In this document: piece after piece, positions 1 to 13,296 of the stretch
Numbering within the stretch: position 1 is the first letter of the stretch
Layout of the letters: each line of letters starts with the position of its first letter
DNA from: Acanthaster planci
Lineage: Eukaryota
Length of the DNA stretch: 64,000 nt
Direction: 5' to 3'
Assembly: GCF_001949145.1 (NCBI RefSeq)
Contig: NW_019091356.1
Location: 3,454,934 to 3,518,933, forward strand
The notes under the pieces: model-generated
Databases searched by the model: none
What the model was told of the DNA's origin: nothing
The model's input: only the letters and a program-made list of their open reading frames with translations
Translations under genes and position numbers: made by a program

Positions 1-1138
1 GAGTACTGTGGGATTATAAGCCAAGACCTTTGTACGGATGGGCCCATCAGATACCAGGGCTAGTTCAAATATACCAATTGTCAACATTAATGGAGGATGG
101 TGCGAAATGGATATTTTATATTGGAATGAATGACCGCCCATTTTTCATTTATAGGCCTGTGGATGATCTCTCTCCCAATACACTACTGTAGGGTGTGTAG
201 AATCTTAGTAAAATTGGAGGATGAAGGAAGTTTGGTGCCAGGGAGTGAAAGCAGTAGGCCCTATGCTGTGTGATGTACAATTATTTTTACCTCTGTTGAT
301 TGAAGTTGTTGTGTCACTTGTGGATGTGTACATGATTGTGCATGCATGTGTAATGCATATCAAGTGGTATAACCTCTTGGGCAGGTACAGGTTTCGTCAT
401 CTTGCAAACTGTGCCTTGTATTTGCGGCCAAATTGGCTATGTATACATGCAGAGTAAGCACCCATTACAAGTACATCAGGTGGACTTGGTAACTTAACCT
501 AGGCATAACAAAGGAATGCCTACTGTAGCACCAACAGTTATCAGCCAGTCCTTGGTTTCGTTTTATCATCAGGACAGCTCATTTGTGAAACACACAGTCT
601 CAGTGCAATACCGGAATGAAATGCCTTGCTCTTTTTCAAAAGGTAGTGGTACCTTTGTCCAGTACAGCATGACTTTGTCTATTTCAAGTTTATAAGAAGT
701 CCCGTAGGGTGATATGGTAGTTTAGGATTCAGTGTCCTATGGTCCTCGGACACTAGTGTTTTGGTGGCCCTGTAGGCCTACTTAGTCAAACGCAGAGCTG
801 GTGAGTGCTGGAGGCTCACCTTTCATGTTAATGCTAACATGAAGCAGCGCCAGGCACTTGCCAGGTTTGAAGTTGTTCAAAAGCATGAAGCATGCTCTGA
901 AATCTGAGTCATTGACCAATTTTTGTACTTGCTCATTTACTGTGCCTGTCCAATTAGCCATTTACATGTTACATTTGAATAAAGTCTGGTACACTGTGTT
1001 ATCTGATTGCTCATAAATGTAACAATTTGAATTCCTCAGACTAAAGGCACTGTTACTATACCTCATGATTTGGGGCGAGCTTTTGTATAGCGACCACCAT
1101 CTCTGAAATGACTAGTTCCTCTGTGCCCTTCTTATCCA

Positions 1139-1197
1139 TTAACCCTAACCCTCCTCAATCCTCCAACAGGTGAAGGATTGAGGAGGGTTAGGGTTAA
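1139..1197. mobile_element. Tiny palindromic piggyBac-like MITE
   Basis: Perfect 24-bp inverted repeat TTAACCCTAACCCTCCTCAATCCT / AGGATTGAGGAGGGTTAGGGTTAA around an 11-nt loop; TTAA|CCC...GGG|TTAA ends. Confidence 0.55.
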
Positions 1198-3751
1198 GAA
1201 CAGTGTATTGGTTCAAGGCATGTCTTGTGTAACTGAGCAAACGAATCACGAGATATAGTGTGGCGAATTCAAATTGTTATGTTCACGTGAATTTAAAGAA
1301 CTATAAAAAGTGTACCAGAGTTTATTAAAATTTAACTTGCAAATGGCTTATTGGAAACTATCGCATTTAATATCTTTCACTGTACAGAATTCTGATACCT
1401 TTCATTTGTGCCAAAGGGCCCTTAATCTGTTTTCTTGCAGATTTGCCCAGCAAAGAAAAACTTTCTCATTGCCTCTTTTGATCAAAGTACAGTCATGGCT
1501 GTTTAAATTTAAAGTAATCTTCACCCTATTTATGGCACGGTGTCATGGTGCCCAGCTAAAAACCCAAATAATTGCTGTCATCCAAACCTTAAAATCCCTT
1601 TTTAAGAGAGAGCAAAAATAGAGCCAGTTATCAGCTCATGAAAAGTTGGATTTTCATATTTCCTTTTGGTTTCCTTTCAAACAACAAGGGACTGATATGC
1701 TAGATATTGTGATGTAGTATACAGTGTCTCAGGTTGTCAGACCCATACTATACTGCCAAGTTTCATGTATCTAGCCATTAAATCATGAGATAAAACTGTA
1801 TATGTCTATACTAGGTTGAGGGGAAACAGTAATTTGCTAACTCTTGTAGTAGCAGTGATAAGAAGATGAACAGAACTTATACAGCACCAATTCCTTAGGT
1901 TTCAAGGCACTAAAAAAAAAGACAATACCACAAATGACAATGAAAATTCCCCCCCAACTCTGCCAAGCCCAGACTGTGGCAGTCATCAGACAGAGGTAAA
2001 TTATTTTGGATGTTATGCTGGAGACATGCAGGTCGCTCTGAATTAGACAGTCCTTACATACTTGGAAAAGCACATGGCAGGGCTGATGGAATACCATTCA
2101 TATGCAAATTATGTAGTGTATGTTATGTTTGAAGCATACAGGTGGCTTTTTGCAAGAAGAAAAAAATTGTTCTGCTTCCTGTGACAAGTAGAACCTGAAA
2201 ACTGGGTAGGTAGCTGTACATCATCTGAGCAAAATAATTAAAAACAGCCAGAATTGTGTGACACTTGCTTCAAGTGAAACAAACAATTTACACTTCAGTT
2301 GAAGCTTTTTCCACCACATTCAAATTATAATAATAGACAATCTTTCCCTTTCTTTATTTCCAATCACACATTTTCCCAAATTTTGCTCTGAAAAAAATCT
2401 AGGGCCGCACCATAAATTGAGGCCAAGTTAGGAACCCGGAAGCAGAACTATTTTTTATTTTAGCTTGTGTTCGTCTAAAAATAGAAATGGAATTTCCCAG
2501 TTCGCCATTTTGTGATATCTCACAGACGGCGATGGCAGATCCATGATACAGGAATACAAAGGAAAAGTTGGCTGTGTCTCCACTTTTACATTATATTCCC
2601 ACAGTTTAACAAATCTGCTTTGGTCCGTGGTCAAAATGTATGCTTAGTGCCTCGTATGTTCACTGCAGTGAATATGTTCCGATTCATGTGCAACGTTCGT
2701 GTTTATTCAGTGAAGTGCATCTAAACTAGATAGCTTCCTACAATAAACACAAATCCCATGGAGTTCAACCCTTAACCCCTTGTGCTGTTGATAGTGAACA
2801 ACATGAGATTTGCAAATGAAACGGCCAGGGAATTTTAAGACAGAAATAAATACTGATAGAAGGGAAATCAGAAGGGTGAATGGATTAAAAATTGAAACTG
2901 GGAATGGCAAAGATTAATTATAGAGACAAAACACAAAGATGGTGCAAAGAGTTTGATAAACAGTCACCAACAAGTTAAAGTAGACTTTAATTTTACAGAT
3001 TCAGAAGTGTGCTGGCGGGGCGTAGCCAAGTGGGGATGTACCCCCCACCCACCAATTCCCGGTGCGCGCCCCTCAGGTGCCCCTTCCCCACTAAAAAACA
3101 GGTAAATGGATATTGAACAAGCCTCACAAAAGATTGCCCCAAAAAACCACACCACGGAAAGCTGATGTCTCCCACAAGATGCTGGTGCCCCCCCCCCACA
3201 AGGAAATCCTAACTATGCCACTGGAGGTGTTGGCAAAAAACTGACAGGTGCAGCCATATTGAACATCATGCCAGATTTACGAGACATTTTTCTCCTTTAG
3301 AGAAGAAAATTAACACCCAGTTAAATATGCCTTTGAGATCTTTGTTTACTTTTTTTTTGAAAAAGCTGCTGACTTCTTTTGGAATCAAAAATGAGGTTCG
3401 CACAGTTTCAATTTCAATCTTAATGTATTTCCAGTGTCCTTTTTTGTTCAGCACTACCACGTCCATATTACATGATACATTTAGTGCCATTCACTAACAT
3501 GTCTACTTTTTTCCACAAAGTAGTACATGTAATTTAGTTGAACCCTTGACCCCTGACAGTAACCCCAGTCCCAGATACAGCATCTGGTTTTTGTCATTTG
3601 GTAGCCATGGTATCCATGGTATACTAATATCACTTTCCCCATTAATAAAAATCCTTGAAGCACTAAATAAACCAGTCTCTTTCCTTTGGTTGTGTGTGGA
3701 TGTGCAGGATGATTGTAGAAGAAATCCTGGCCACACTGGATATATCATAGA

Positions 3752-6700
3752 ATGAGTACTTCTGTGAGGTAAAAATTCCTTTTTCCCAACTTTAATGCAG
3801 AATTAATGCTATCATTAACCCTCTCCCCTTAAATGTGCGTGACAATTTTTATTTAAAAATGGAGTGTTTGTGACTGCTTGGGCGATATATCGTCACCGTT
3901 TTCACGATGAGCCATACATGTCAAATTGGCATTTTTTTCTTGATTTGATTGGACTTGTGATGTAAGGGGAAAATTTTTGAATACTGCATTTTGCATTTTC
4001 GCAAAGAGACACAAATCTGACTACCCCTCGTTCATGTATGGAAAGTATTGACTGGAAAGGCCAAAAAGTAGGTCAACTAAGATTATCATATTCACAAAGA
4101 GGCACACATCTTAGTTACATTCCCACTGGCCCCTCTATGGAAAAAATACATTGGACATGCAGAAGGGCCAGAAAGTAGAAAAAAGTGTATTTTTATTTCA
4201 CGAACAGACACGCATCTTTTGATTTATTTCAGCTAATTAGCCACTATGGTCATTTTAATGACTTGATTTGGATGAACATTTTTCTCTCAAAGAATCATTT
4301 CAGGCTTTTCACTGGATAAACTTGTTAAAGGCCTCCCAAAAATGTCATCTTTATCTCATTATTAACCCTAACCCCTTAGGTGTATGTAAAATCGTATTGA
4401 TGTTGAAGGATTTGGGACTGTTAATAAAAACATTGGTTCCATTTTTTTTTTGAGGGAGAGGGGTTGGGAACATGGCCTCTATTGGCAACCCCCCCCCCAT
4501 CTGCATACCCTTGTTCTCGGCTCCACTTTCCTATCCCTAGAGAGGAACAGTTTTATGCATACCACAACACAATTGTGTTGTTTATCTGCAGATACAAGGA
4601 GCCCAGTCAGCCTGCAGACACTGGCACGGACAGCAATGGAGCTAGTTGCTTGGTGACTGCGTCCAGTGAAAAGCAATTTAGGGAGCTGTTGAAGCGTGTG
4701 CTACTTGTGATGGATGGAGCATTGTCTGACCTATGTATAAACTTTTATAAGTATCACAATTGAAACATTTTGTAATCTGACAGTGTAATTCGGACATTCT
4801 GTAATTGGCACAGTTGTCAAATACAGTTAACTGGCCAGTTAGCAAGTATCAAAGACATCCTAAAACAGATACATAGGAGACTAAGTTTTGGAATTCTAGT
4901 AGTTGGAGCAAGTACTTGACTCCCCCTTTTTTCAAACTTCACTTTCAAATTCTATATCCAATTGCTGAATTCTCCATTTTCAAGATTTCAATGTACAAGC
5001 AAAAATAGAAAAATACTAATGAGATCAGGGCTCTTCCCTATCCTGTACTGTTTCAGTGCCGGCATGTCGTCTTTGGGATCACAATTTGGAAGTTTTCAGT
5101 GCAAAAGATAATGAAAGTGGAAGTCATGGTAGCGGCAAGGAGTTCAGTTCAGCCAACAAAGGCAGCAGGGGACAGGACTGCCAGGTGATTTTTCATAATC
5201 AAGTTTTTTCAATATTGTTCTTGCTAATGGGGGGATGGCAACTGCTTGCCAAGGGGCACGGTTCCTCCAGCATCCCTGCCTCCTTAGCAATGAGCCCATT
5301 CCACAGTCAAAAATATTCACTCAAGACGGTGCATGCCAGTAGGCTTAATGCTGTCATATTGTCTGCATATTCAAAGCCACTGTTACATTTGTACGTGATG
5401 AGTGTACCGATCCTGTCTCATCTTATGAAAGGTCGTGTGCTTGTGATCGCTGAACAATGGGATAGTGGACTTCTTTGTCCTGCAGTAGCTTCAAATGTTG
5501 CATTTTACAACTTGCAAAAGTTACAGGGGCAGACAGTGTCTCCCTCAGAACTACTTTTTATTTCATACGGATTTTTCTGGGTTTTTTTCTGTCCTTTTGG
5601 AGACTCCGAGATCAGGTCAGACCAGTCCTCCAACGCAAGTGCCTAAATCCTCCGGTGGAGGCGGTGACGATGGAGATGGAAGTCGGCGCCCTCCGTCTGG
5701 TGCGGACAAGAAGAAGCTGGACTGTGATAGGCCTTCTGAAAATAAGACGAAAAAGAAGACTGCAGAAGAGGGAGAAAGTGACTCTGCAGAAGCCGAGCTT
5801 GGGTCAGGGGATGAAGCAGCTGGCCAACCGACTGAAAACGGCATGCAGGTGATGATGCTCTTTTTATTATTTTCTGCCATGAATTGTGCTATTTTTTTCA
5901 ACACCAATCTAGATTTTGATCTGCCGTGCATGTAGTGGGTGATCAGTTTGCTTTTCCATTCAAGTAGGGGGAAGAGATGACAATTTTTTAAAACGATGGA
6001 TTTCATGTGTGTAATATTGATTCAGATTTTCGGCCATAGTTTCAATTTTAATTACCTCATGTTTCCCAATTGCTAAAAGATTTGAGTGATGTTGGGTGAA
6101 CACTGTTAACAGCTATAACTTTGAGTCTCCTGGGTGTTAGATTGTGCTCCGCGGTTTGAAGGGAGGCGAGGTCTGTGATTATGTGGAGAATTACTGTTAA
6201 ATTAATCAACTTAACTTAAAGTCTCAAAGGTATTTAATATCATCTCATTCTTAAACAGATCAGATTATTGCAGCTCAACTGTTATAATTGTCAGTGCTAT
6301 CATGTAAACCAATTTGTGAAAATAAACTCATTTTCTTGGCAGGCTCCAAACATGGTCGGAGCAGCGCTTGAAGAAGAATTTGAGCCCTCTCCAGAATTGG
6401 ACCAGGGTCGAAATTTTCAGGGGGCACGGAACCCCCCATTTCAGAGCTTCCTGGAAGATCAGAACCCCCCTTTGCCATTGGAGTCATGGTTGCCCGAAGG
6501 TGGAGTGGTCAGACCTGACCGGTCAGCAGCTGTAGGTGTGATGCAGGGAGATTGTGGGCAGCTGAATGAAGCTGCCAGGCGGATTGATCACGAGAGAGAC
6601 CTAGATCCTGCAATTCTGGCAGAGGTGCAGGACGGAGTGTTGATGGATGAGGTAAGTTTTTATCCTTAGCTTTGTAGCGCCCCTTTGTGGCATAGCCCCG

Positions 6701-9700
6701 TCAGAGGAAGATTTTTATAAAAGCACCCCCATAAAAATTGGACTTGGCCAAAGACAGGAAGGAGGTCACATGTGATTGTGCCTGATCACTTTCACATATT
6801 TTGGTAGTCTGAGAAAGTTGGACTCTACAAATCGCCCTTTTTAATATTTGGACATGGTAAGGCAATAGTAGACTCCAAGTGGGCTATCCATCCCATTGAT
6901 TCATGCAACTCAAAATAGATTTGAACTGTATGGCAAAATGATCACAGAGTACCCATTCAATGTGATCTTCTCCATTGTTTGCCCTTTAGGTTCCTTTATT
7001 TCTGTTTTTTGGAAAGTCCTGTAAAAGTTTAAGTACATAGGGTGAAAATTCATACTGTAAGTCTCATAACTCAGAATTTGTTCATTTCTTGAATTCAGAT
7101 CAGTTATGTTTTATTAATAGACCATATTTGCAGGGGACCCAATTGGGGGTGGGGGGGTAGAAGTATGTGTGAATTTTTCATGGCTTTTCTGAGGGATGAG
7201 GTTCAGTTTTGGGGCTTTTCCACTCATCTGGCAGGGAAGGAAATGAAAGACCCCCCACCCCCCAAAATTATCTTTGTGTCATGATATCTAAAAAAAAAAA
7301 TTGCCCCTTTTTGGGGACCATGTAGCCACCTTTACTACCCTGCCCCCTTTGATCTGCCAAGGGCTCTATTAATTAAAGTGAATTGATTGACTTGTATTGT
7401 AATTGACAGTCTTCATTTACCCTTAAATTTGGCTGTAGGGCTTGATTGCCGAGAATGGGCATTACATAGAGAATGACCAGTTCCTGAAGTTGGAACAGAT
7501 TGGCAAAGGAGCATTTTCAAAAGTCTTCCTCATTGAAGACAATCAGTCAAAGAAACATTACGCTGTGAAGTGTGTAAGTGAAAAATACAATTACTGATAA
7601 TGTTTTCAAGGCAATGCAAGCATGCGAATGGGCCATGTGTACCATTTTTGAGAAAAATCCAACTATATATTTGCATGCTTCTAGTATGGGAGACTTGGGC
7701 ATACACGGGGCAAGTTGAGCCACATCTTGGAATAAGTTGATGGGACTGCTTAAGCAACTGATATTAAATAACTGTCAATATGGGCAACACAATATCATTT
7801 TTACAACTCCAACACAGTTATGTGAGGCTTGAATTTTAGGCTTTAAAGGATGGCAAAAGAGGAGAGTCACGTGTAGCACTTTATCTCCAGATGCAGCTGT
7901 GACATTCAGATGTGGCCCAACTCAGGAGTGAATGTGAATTGTTGGCCCATTTCTCCAGGTTCCCTTGGAGCGTTTTTTCCTATACGAGGTTCTGCTGTGG
8001 TCTGATTTGGAGCACAACAACATTGGGCACCTTCGTGGCGTGGTTCGGACAGGCAGTGAGGTCCTGTTAATCTCCAAATACATCCCTGGCCAGACTCTGG
8101 AGCAAATGGTAACTCATAGGGTCCTAAGCCAGGGAGAGGCCTTGAAGATGGTGCGGCCCCTGAGCTGTGGTGTCTGTTACCTGCATGCCAAAGACGTCGT
8201 CCACAACGATATCAAGTGTAAATATGTGGTGGCGTTTTTTTTTCATTTAAGCATCATCCGATAAGGTACATTTCTGTATGTGAGGTAGGGGGCCTGTACG
8301 GGCACTGTAGGCACATTTCTACACTCTTGAAAACAACCTGCAGGAGGGGTGTGTGTGGTGTATTGTTTGTAGCTGCAACTTGTACACGCATTGATAATGT
8401 ACTTGTAATTATACGAAGATGACGTCATGCCATATGACCATAATAAATCACTCTCTACAATATGGCAGCTCCCAGTGGCACAGTGACCATCATTTTCCCA
8501 AATAATAACCCCGCAAATACATCACATGGGTGGTTTGTGATTTTCACCTGATCTGAAATTGAATTCACGTGCAGGCCGGTGGCGATATACATTACCAACA
8601 CACTTGATGGATTGTTTGTTTTTTGCTTTGTTTCAACAGTGGACAATATCATTGGGGAGCCCTGCAGAAATAGCCTGGTAAACCCAGTTCTTGTTGATTT
8701 TGGATGTGCCATGAGGAGAGTGCATGTGGACATGGAGGGTAAGATGAGCTTGTTCACCAACATTCTAGTATGCTATCGTAATATTTAGTGTGGGCATTTG
8801 ACAATGCTAGTATTTCTTCACGGTACACTGTTGGTATCATCTTTAAGAACTCAACAAAAACATGATACCATTAAAGCCATTTATGTATTCCATTCAGGAT
8901 CTTCAGCCTGGCCAACTTGCCCAAGAGGTGATTTTCCTGAAAGTATGTAGTAAAATGTATTTTTAGTAAAGCTGTTGTTCCGCTTTTCATTCAACAGGAG
9001 TGAATCAACTTACTCCGGATGTGGACGGCGTTATGCATGCATTGATTTCTATCCTGCAGGGGCCTAAGGTAAAGATCTGTTGTTGTCACAATGGTGGAAT
9101 AACTATGCCCCTCTCCCACCTTTGAAATCTTGAAATGCACATGGCCTGTGTATAAACGACAGTTCCCTTGAACCAAAGTTGTGCACCCTCACAGTACCCC
9201 TTCAGAAACTTCACCCCAGTTATGCCACTGTTGCAACAACTTGTGGGTGCTCTTTTGGACTGAACACTGAGGAGGATGGAAGAGGCAAAAGAAGTTGAGA
9301 AATTCTCATTATGGTATTTTTTATGCATGTCTCGATGCAAGTGACAGGTCAATTTTGATATGAAATAAGCTGAAGAAAAGGCCACACTGCTTTCATGGAT
9401 GGTCTTTCTGTGATGTACAGTTTGCCGTCAAGTGAACTTCAAGTGCCCCTGAGGTGCACAAACTTTAAAATGAGAAACCTGTGCTCTCCCTCTCATTGGA
9501 AAATTCCCGTTCTTTTATGGACCATTCTATTTTTTACAGCCTTGGAACTGTACAAACTCAGGGGAACCCCCCCTTTTTCCCTAGCGAACTTCAGTTGTTT
9601 TCCTTGTACATGTACAGTCTTACGTTCTGTATTTTCCACAAATGGTCTGTGTCTCTGACGTGTTTGATAAACTCAGGGGAAACCCCTTTTTCCTCCGCTG

Positions 9701-10748
9701 AAAAGTTCACCACCCTTCATTGCCCATTTGGATTTGTGTGAAATCCAACTGAAGGATTTTCTGTACGGATTATAGCTTCCAACAAGCCTGTTGCTGCTCA
9801 TGACTGTGGACATCTGCATTGAAAAAACAGACAGGCCAAGGACACCCTGAAAAATGGCAAGACAAAGACTGAAGTGGTATTGCCTATATTTTCAGCTGGT
9901 GCACTGCAATTCCTTTTTTTTTAACACTGCTGCATGGGGCTTCTTTTTTCAGCGTACACCCAGGGCGAGGATACCACCAAGCACTGACGAACGACTAAAA
10001 CAATTCATCAAGGGTGTTTTGGAGGATCCTGAGAGGTCGGCAGCTAAGACCTTGGAGAACTGGCCTCATCACCTTGGTAAGTGACCAACAACGTGGCCGG
10101 GGCTGGGGGATGCATGTACCCCCATAAACAAACTTCGGCCCCACTGCCCAACTGAAATAAGGTTCTTTTAGGGAACATAACTTATTGGATATCTTAAAAG
10201 ATTCTTATCGTGCCGGTTGCTATAAAAACAGGTGTTTTGATATCAGAAATTTGGCTGTCCAAACTGTAAAGTCCAGTGGCCACGTTGTGCTCTCTGGTCT
10301 CAGCAAATGACCAATTACCGATCATTCAACACTTTATAGCAGGTATCAGTTATTTGAAAATTAGGCATCTTTTTTTGTGTTATATCTAACTCATAATACA
10401 ACAAATTAGTGAAATGAAGTGAAAATTTCCTCCGAAGTGAAGTGAAATTTGAAAGTAAGTCCCTCACTTCAGAATGTCAGCTCAGTTGTCAGTTAGCCAT
10501 GTGGGGACTTCTTGTTTGTCAAAAGTTCTCATGAGTGAATTCAAAAGAGTCATACCCGTTGAAGAATGACGGCCTTTTTTGGGTTTTGTTTTCTTCCCAC
10601 AGAGGAGGAGCTAGACAGTGTCCCAGCCGTCATGGACGACGAGGGTCTGGATGAGGCCTCTATTGGAGTGCAGACACTGCCAGATGAGAACCCCAGGCCC
10701 TGCGAACCACCCAGGGCAGAGTGGGATATATGTGGGTTTTTCGATTGA
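3752..10748 (+). CDS. Ser/Thr protein kinase, NIK/Tpl2 (MAP3K14/MAP3K8)-family paralog, 573 aa, divergent C-lobe (kinase 1)
   Basis: Phase-consistent GT-AG exons: 3752-3768, 4592-4734, 5057-5184, 5603-5848, 6343-6651, 7439-7573, 7959-8217, 8640-8738, 8898-8942, 8998-9068, 9953-10076, 10603-10748 (1722 nt). Motifs: DGVLMDE|GLIAENGHY (cf. NIK EGVLLTE, Tpl2 ESGILLN..PQNGRY), Gly loop IGKGAFSKV, YAVKC|VPLERF, YLHAKDVVHNDIKLDN, LVDFGCA, FPE, IPPS. The first three exons are the least certain. Confidence 0.85.
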
Positions 10749-10987
10749 GGGTGTAACTGGTCGGTGAAGGCTGACCATTATGTTTTAAGCCCCTATCCCG
10801 TCCTTTCTTGGTCTCAGATGAGCTATTTTCACTTAAAGCTCACTTTCCAGAAAAAGCAAACCAATTGTGATATTTGTTATCACGAAAATGTGTTTTGAAA
10901 GAACAAGAAGGTTGATACCGTCGCTGTGGCTTCCACTCTACTTAGGAAGGCCTTTTTTATCCTCCATCCACCGAGCATAACATCACA

Positions 10988-11035
10988 AGACCCCACAAGA
11001 CCCCATCAGACCCCACAAGACCCCATCAGACCAAC
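10988..11035. repeat. 10-bp tandem repeat (AGACCCCACA/AGACCCCATC) in the kinase 1 3' UTR
   Basis: About 4.5 directly repeated copies are visible. Confidence 0.8.
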
Positions 11036-12017
11036 CCGACGCCTGAAGTCTTAATTCAAGTCACCGATCTGTTTGAATGAACTCTATCAAAAAAGCATTC
11101 CTTTTTCGTTGTTCTCCCTGTTACTTGTGACTGGTCTTGTGAATGGCCTTGCAATGGTTTTGATAATACAAGACCACTGTCTATTGTTCGCATTTCATTC
11201 ATAGGCTATACCGTCTGCATATGGGGGGAATGTCGCTGTTCCCCGCCCAACAAGAGGCAAAGTTTTCTTGGTGTTTGCAAGACACGGAAAAGTGTCTATC
11301 CTATTTCCTGTTCTTCACCTCCTTGGGGTAAAACCATAAAAAAAATTGTACGATGACCTTATCAAACGTTATGGCTTCAGGGAAAAATTGCCCCTCCCCT
11401 GAAAATTTGATTTTGATCTTTCCGTGAACAGTTTTGCAGTGTTCCAGATATTCCTGTGAGAAATGTACATTCCATATTGGCAGCCAGCGTCTTGAATTAT
11501 TGCTCTTTTCTCTGTCAAACAAAATGGAGGGGGGGTTATGGTTATGGTCCATCGTTTTTCAAAACATCTGAGCGACTGTGTTTTGCCATTGCCTTTGCAC
11601 GTGAGATGATTAACTGTAATAGGTCTAAGTCTTGGCTTAGGGTGAAGTGGTCAACACTGCCACTTCTTGGGTAGAGAAAGTTCAAGTTTATTTAGGAAGA
11701 TTTATTATGGCAATTGGATGCCATGGATTGTTGTCCTCCGTAGTTTGTATATTTTTGCATGGATTAAATAAATAATGTAATTTTAGAACAAAGTCGTACT
11801 TTTTAAAGGGAATTTTATTACATTTGTATTAGATCTCAAATCATCTCTTTAAAATTTTATCGCCGTTTTTTATCTGGACAGTTGAAATTACGTGTTTTAT
11901 TTTTCTGAAGATGTAAGTTCAAACCTGGAATTATACATCAGTCAAAGATTCAAAATCATTGAAGTTGAAAGCTCTATTTGGCATCTTGACACATGCATTT
12001 ATATTTAAATGATTAGA

Positions 12018-12024
12018 AATAAAT
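12018..12024 (+). terminator. Candidate polyadenylation signal of kinase 1
   Basis: AATAAA at the end of the AT-rich 3' UTR, followed by a GT-rich tract; a second AATAAA lies near 11768. Confidence 0.45.
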
Positions 12025-12624
12025 GATCTGAAAAGTGACTACATGTACTTTGTGTCAGTCTTCTGATGTAGCCGTGATTTTGAAATATTTTTGGCCTAAC
12101 TTCGATAAAAGAATGATAGACGGGAAAATATATGAAAAATTATCGTGGTAAATGTATACCCGTGTCACGGTGAAGGTAACCCTCATCTTTTCCTACCTCA
12201 GAAGGTAGTAGGTTCGGTTCTCCAGTTATTTGCTATACCCTTCCGCTTCCCCGTCAAGTGCTTCGTAAATTTGGAAATGTTTTTAACTACCTCAGTTTTC
12301 ACTAATCCGGCCAGAATCCCGGCCCGCTTACGTGTACTCTCCGCGGAAGGGGACGTGGCTCTCTCGATGACCCATCATTAACGATGGGGGACCCACGATT
12401 TATTGTGGGGGATCAGGAAATGTCGCAATCGGACAAAAATAACTTTCTTATATTAGTTCCCCTCCCCGTTTTTGCCTTCACTAGTGCTTCTTCAATTCAT
12501 GACGTCACCAAAATTTGGTTACACGCCCCAATCAGTGACCTTCATTCTGCGGTCAACAGATGCGTTTGCCTTCAGCCAAGTGGAGGAGTCTGGATACTAG
12601 TCTGAAGGTTCGCACGTACGTACG

Positions 12625-12784
12625 TGTTTTCCAGACACAAGCATCCATGGTCCTGCCTCCTTAACCTCCTTGCGCGCCCGCGCCGCGCGCGAACAGATAA
12701 ATGACGAATCACACCACGTACATTCGTTATTTATCTGTTCGCGGGCAAAGAGGCAGGACCATGGATGCTTGTGTCTGAAAAACA
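12625..12784. repeat. Foldback/palindromic element
   Basis: Outer arms TGTTTTCCAGACACAAGCATCCATGGTCCTGCCTC / GAGGCAGGACCATGGATGCTTGTGTCTGAAAAACA; inner arms CGCGAACAGATAAATGACGAAT / ATTCGTTATTTATCTGTTCGCG. Confidence 0.85.
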
Positions 12785-13244
12785 AAGTAAGTTGGCCAAG
12801 TTTCGAGCTGAAATAGTTGTAATATTGTGCGCTAGACACAAGCTTGAGTTGTTCCGATGGTTTCTTGGTTTATTGTGTGTCAGATACAGGAGTACAACTA
12901 TATTATATAAATGTAATTCTATTCATGCCGGGCTAGGTCTCATGGGGTACAATGATTGATGTATAACAGGTGAGGCCATTAGGGTCCAGAAGAGGGCAGA
13001 GGTACAAGGACATTCTAAAATGGGTATTGTTGTTGGGTAGAGTTGTGGTGGTCAGGAGTGGACCTGTAAGAGTGCAGGATACCACAATAGTCGGTTTGGT
13101 TATAAGAGATGAAAAAGGTCGGTTCACTTAATTTCACCGTGTGGAGAATTGTAATGGTAAAGTGTTTTGGTTTCAAAATAAACAGCGGGAAAGGTTTAAG
13201 TCATTTCGGCCCCCGATGACACGCACACGACTCGTGCATTGCCC

Positions 13245-13296
13245 TAGCCCAGGTTGGACGACGTCTACATTACATTGCGACTAACAACCTGGGCTA
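13245..13296. mobile_element. 52-bp MITE with 12-bp TIRs and 9-bp TSD
   Basis: TAGCCCAGGTTG...CAACCTGGGCTA flanked by the direct repeat GCATTGCCC at 13236-13244 and 13297-13305. Confidence 0.65.

Noticed and set aside
3..190. Open frame at the window start (VLWDYKPRPLYGW...), possibly the last exon of an upstream gene with AATAAA near 978
   Set aside because: No recognisable homology, and it cannot be validated without upstream sequence.
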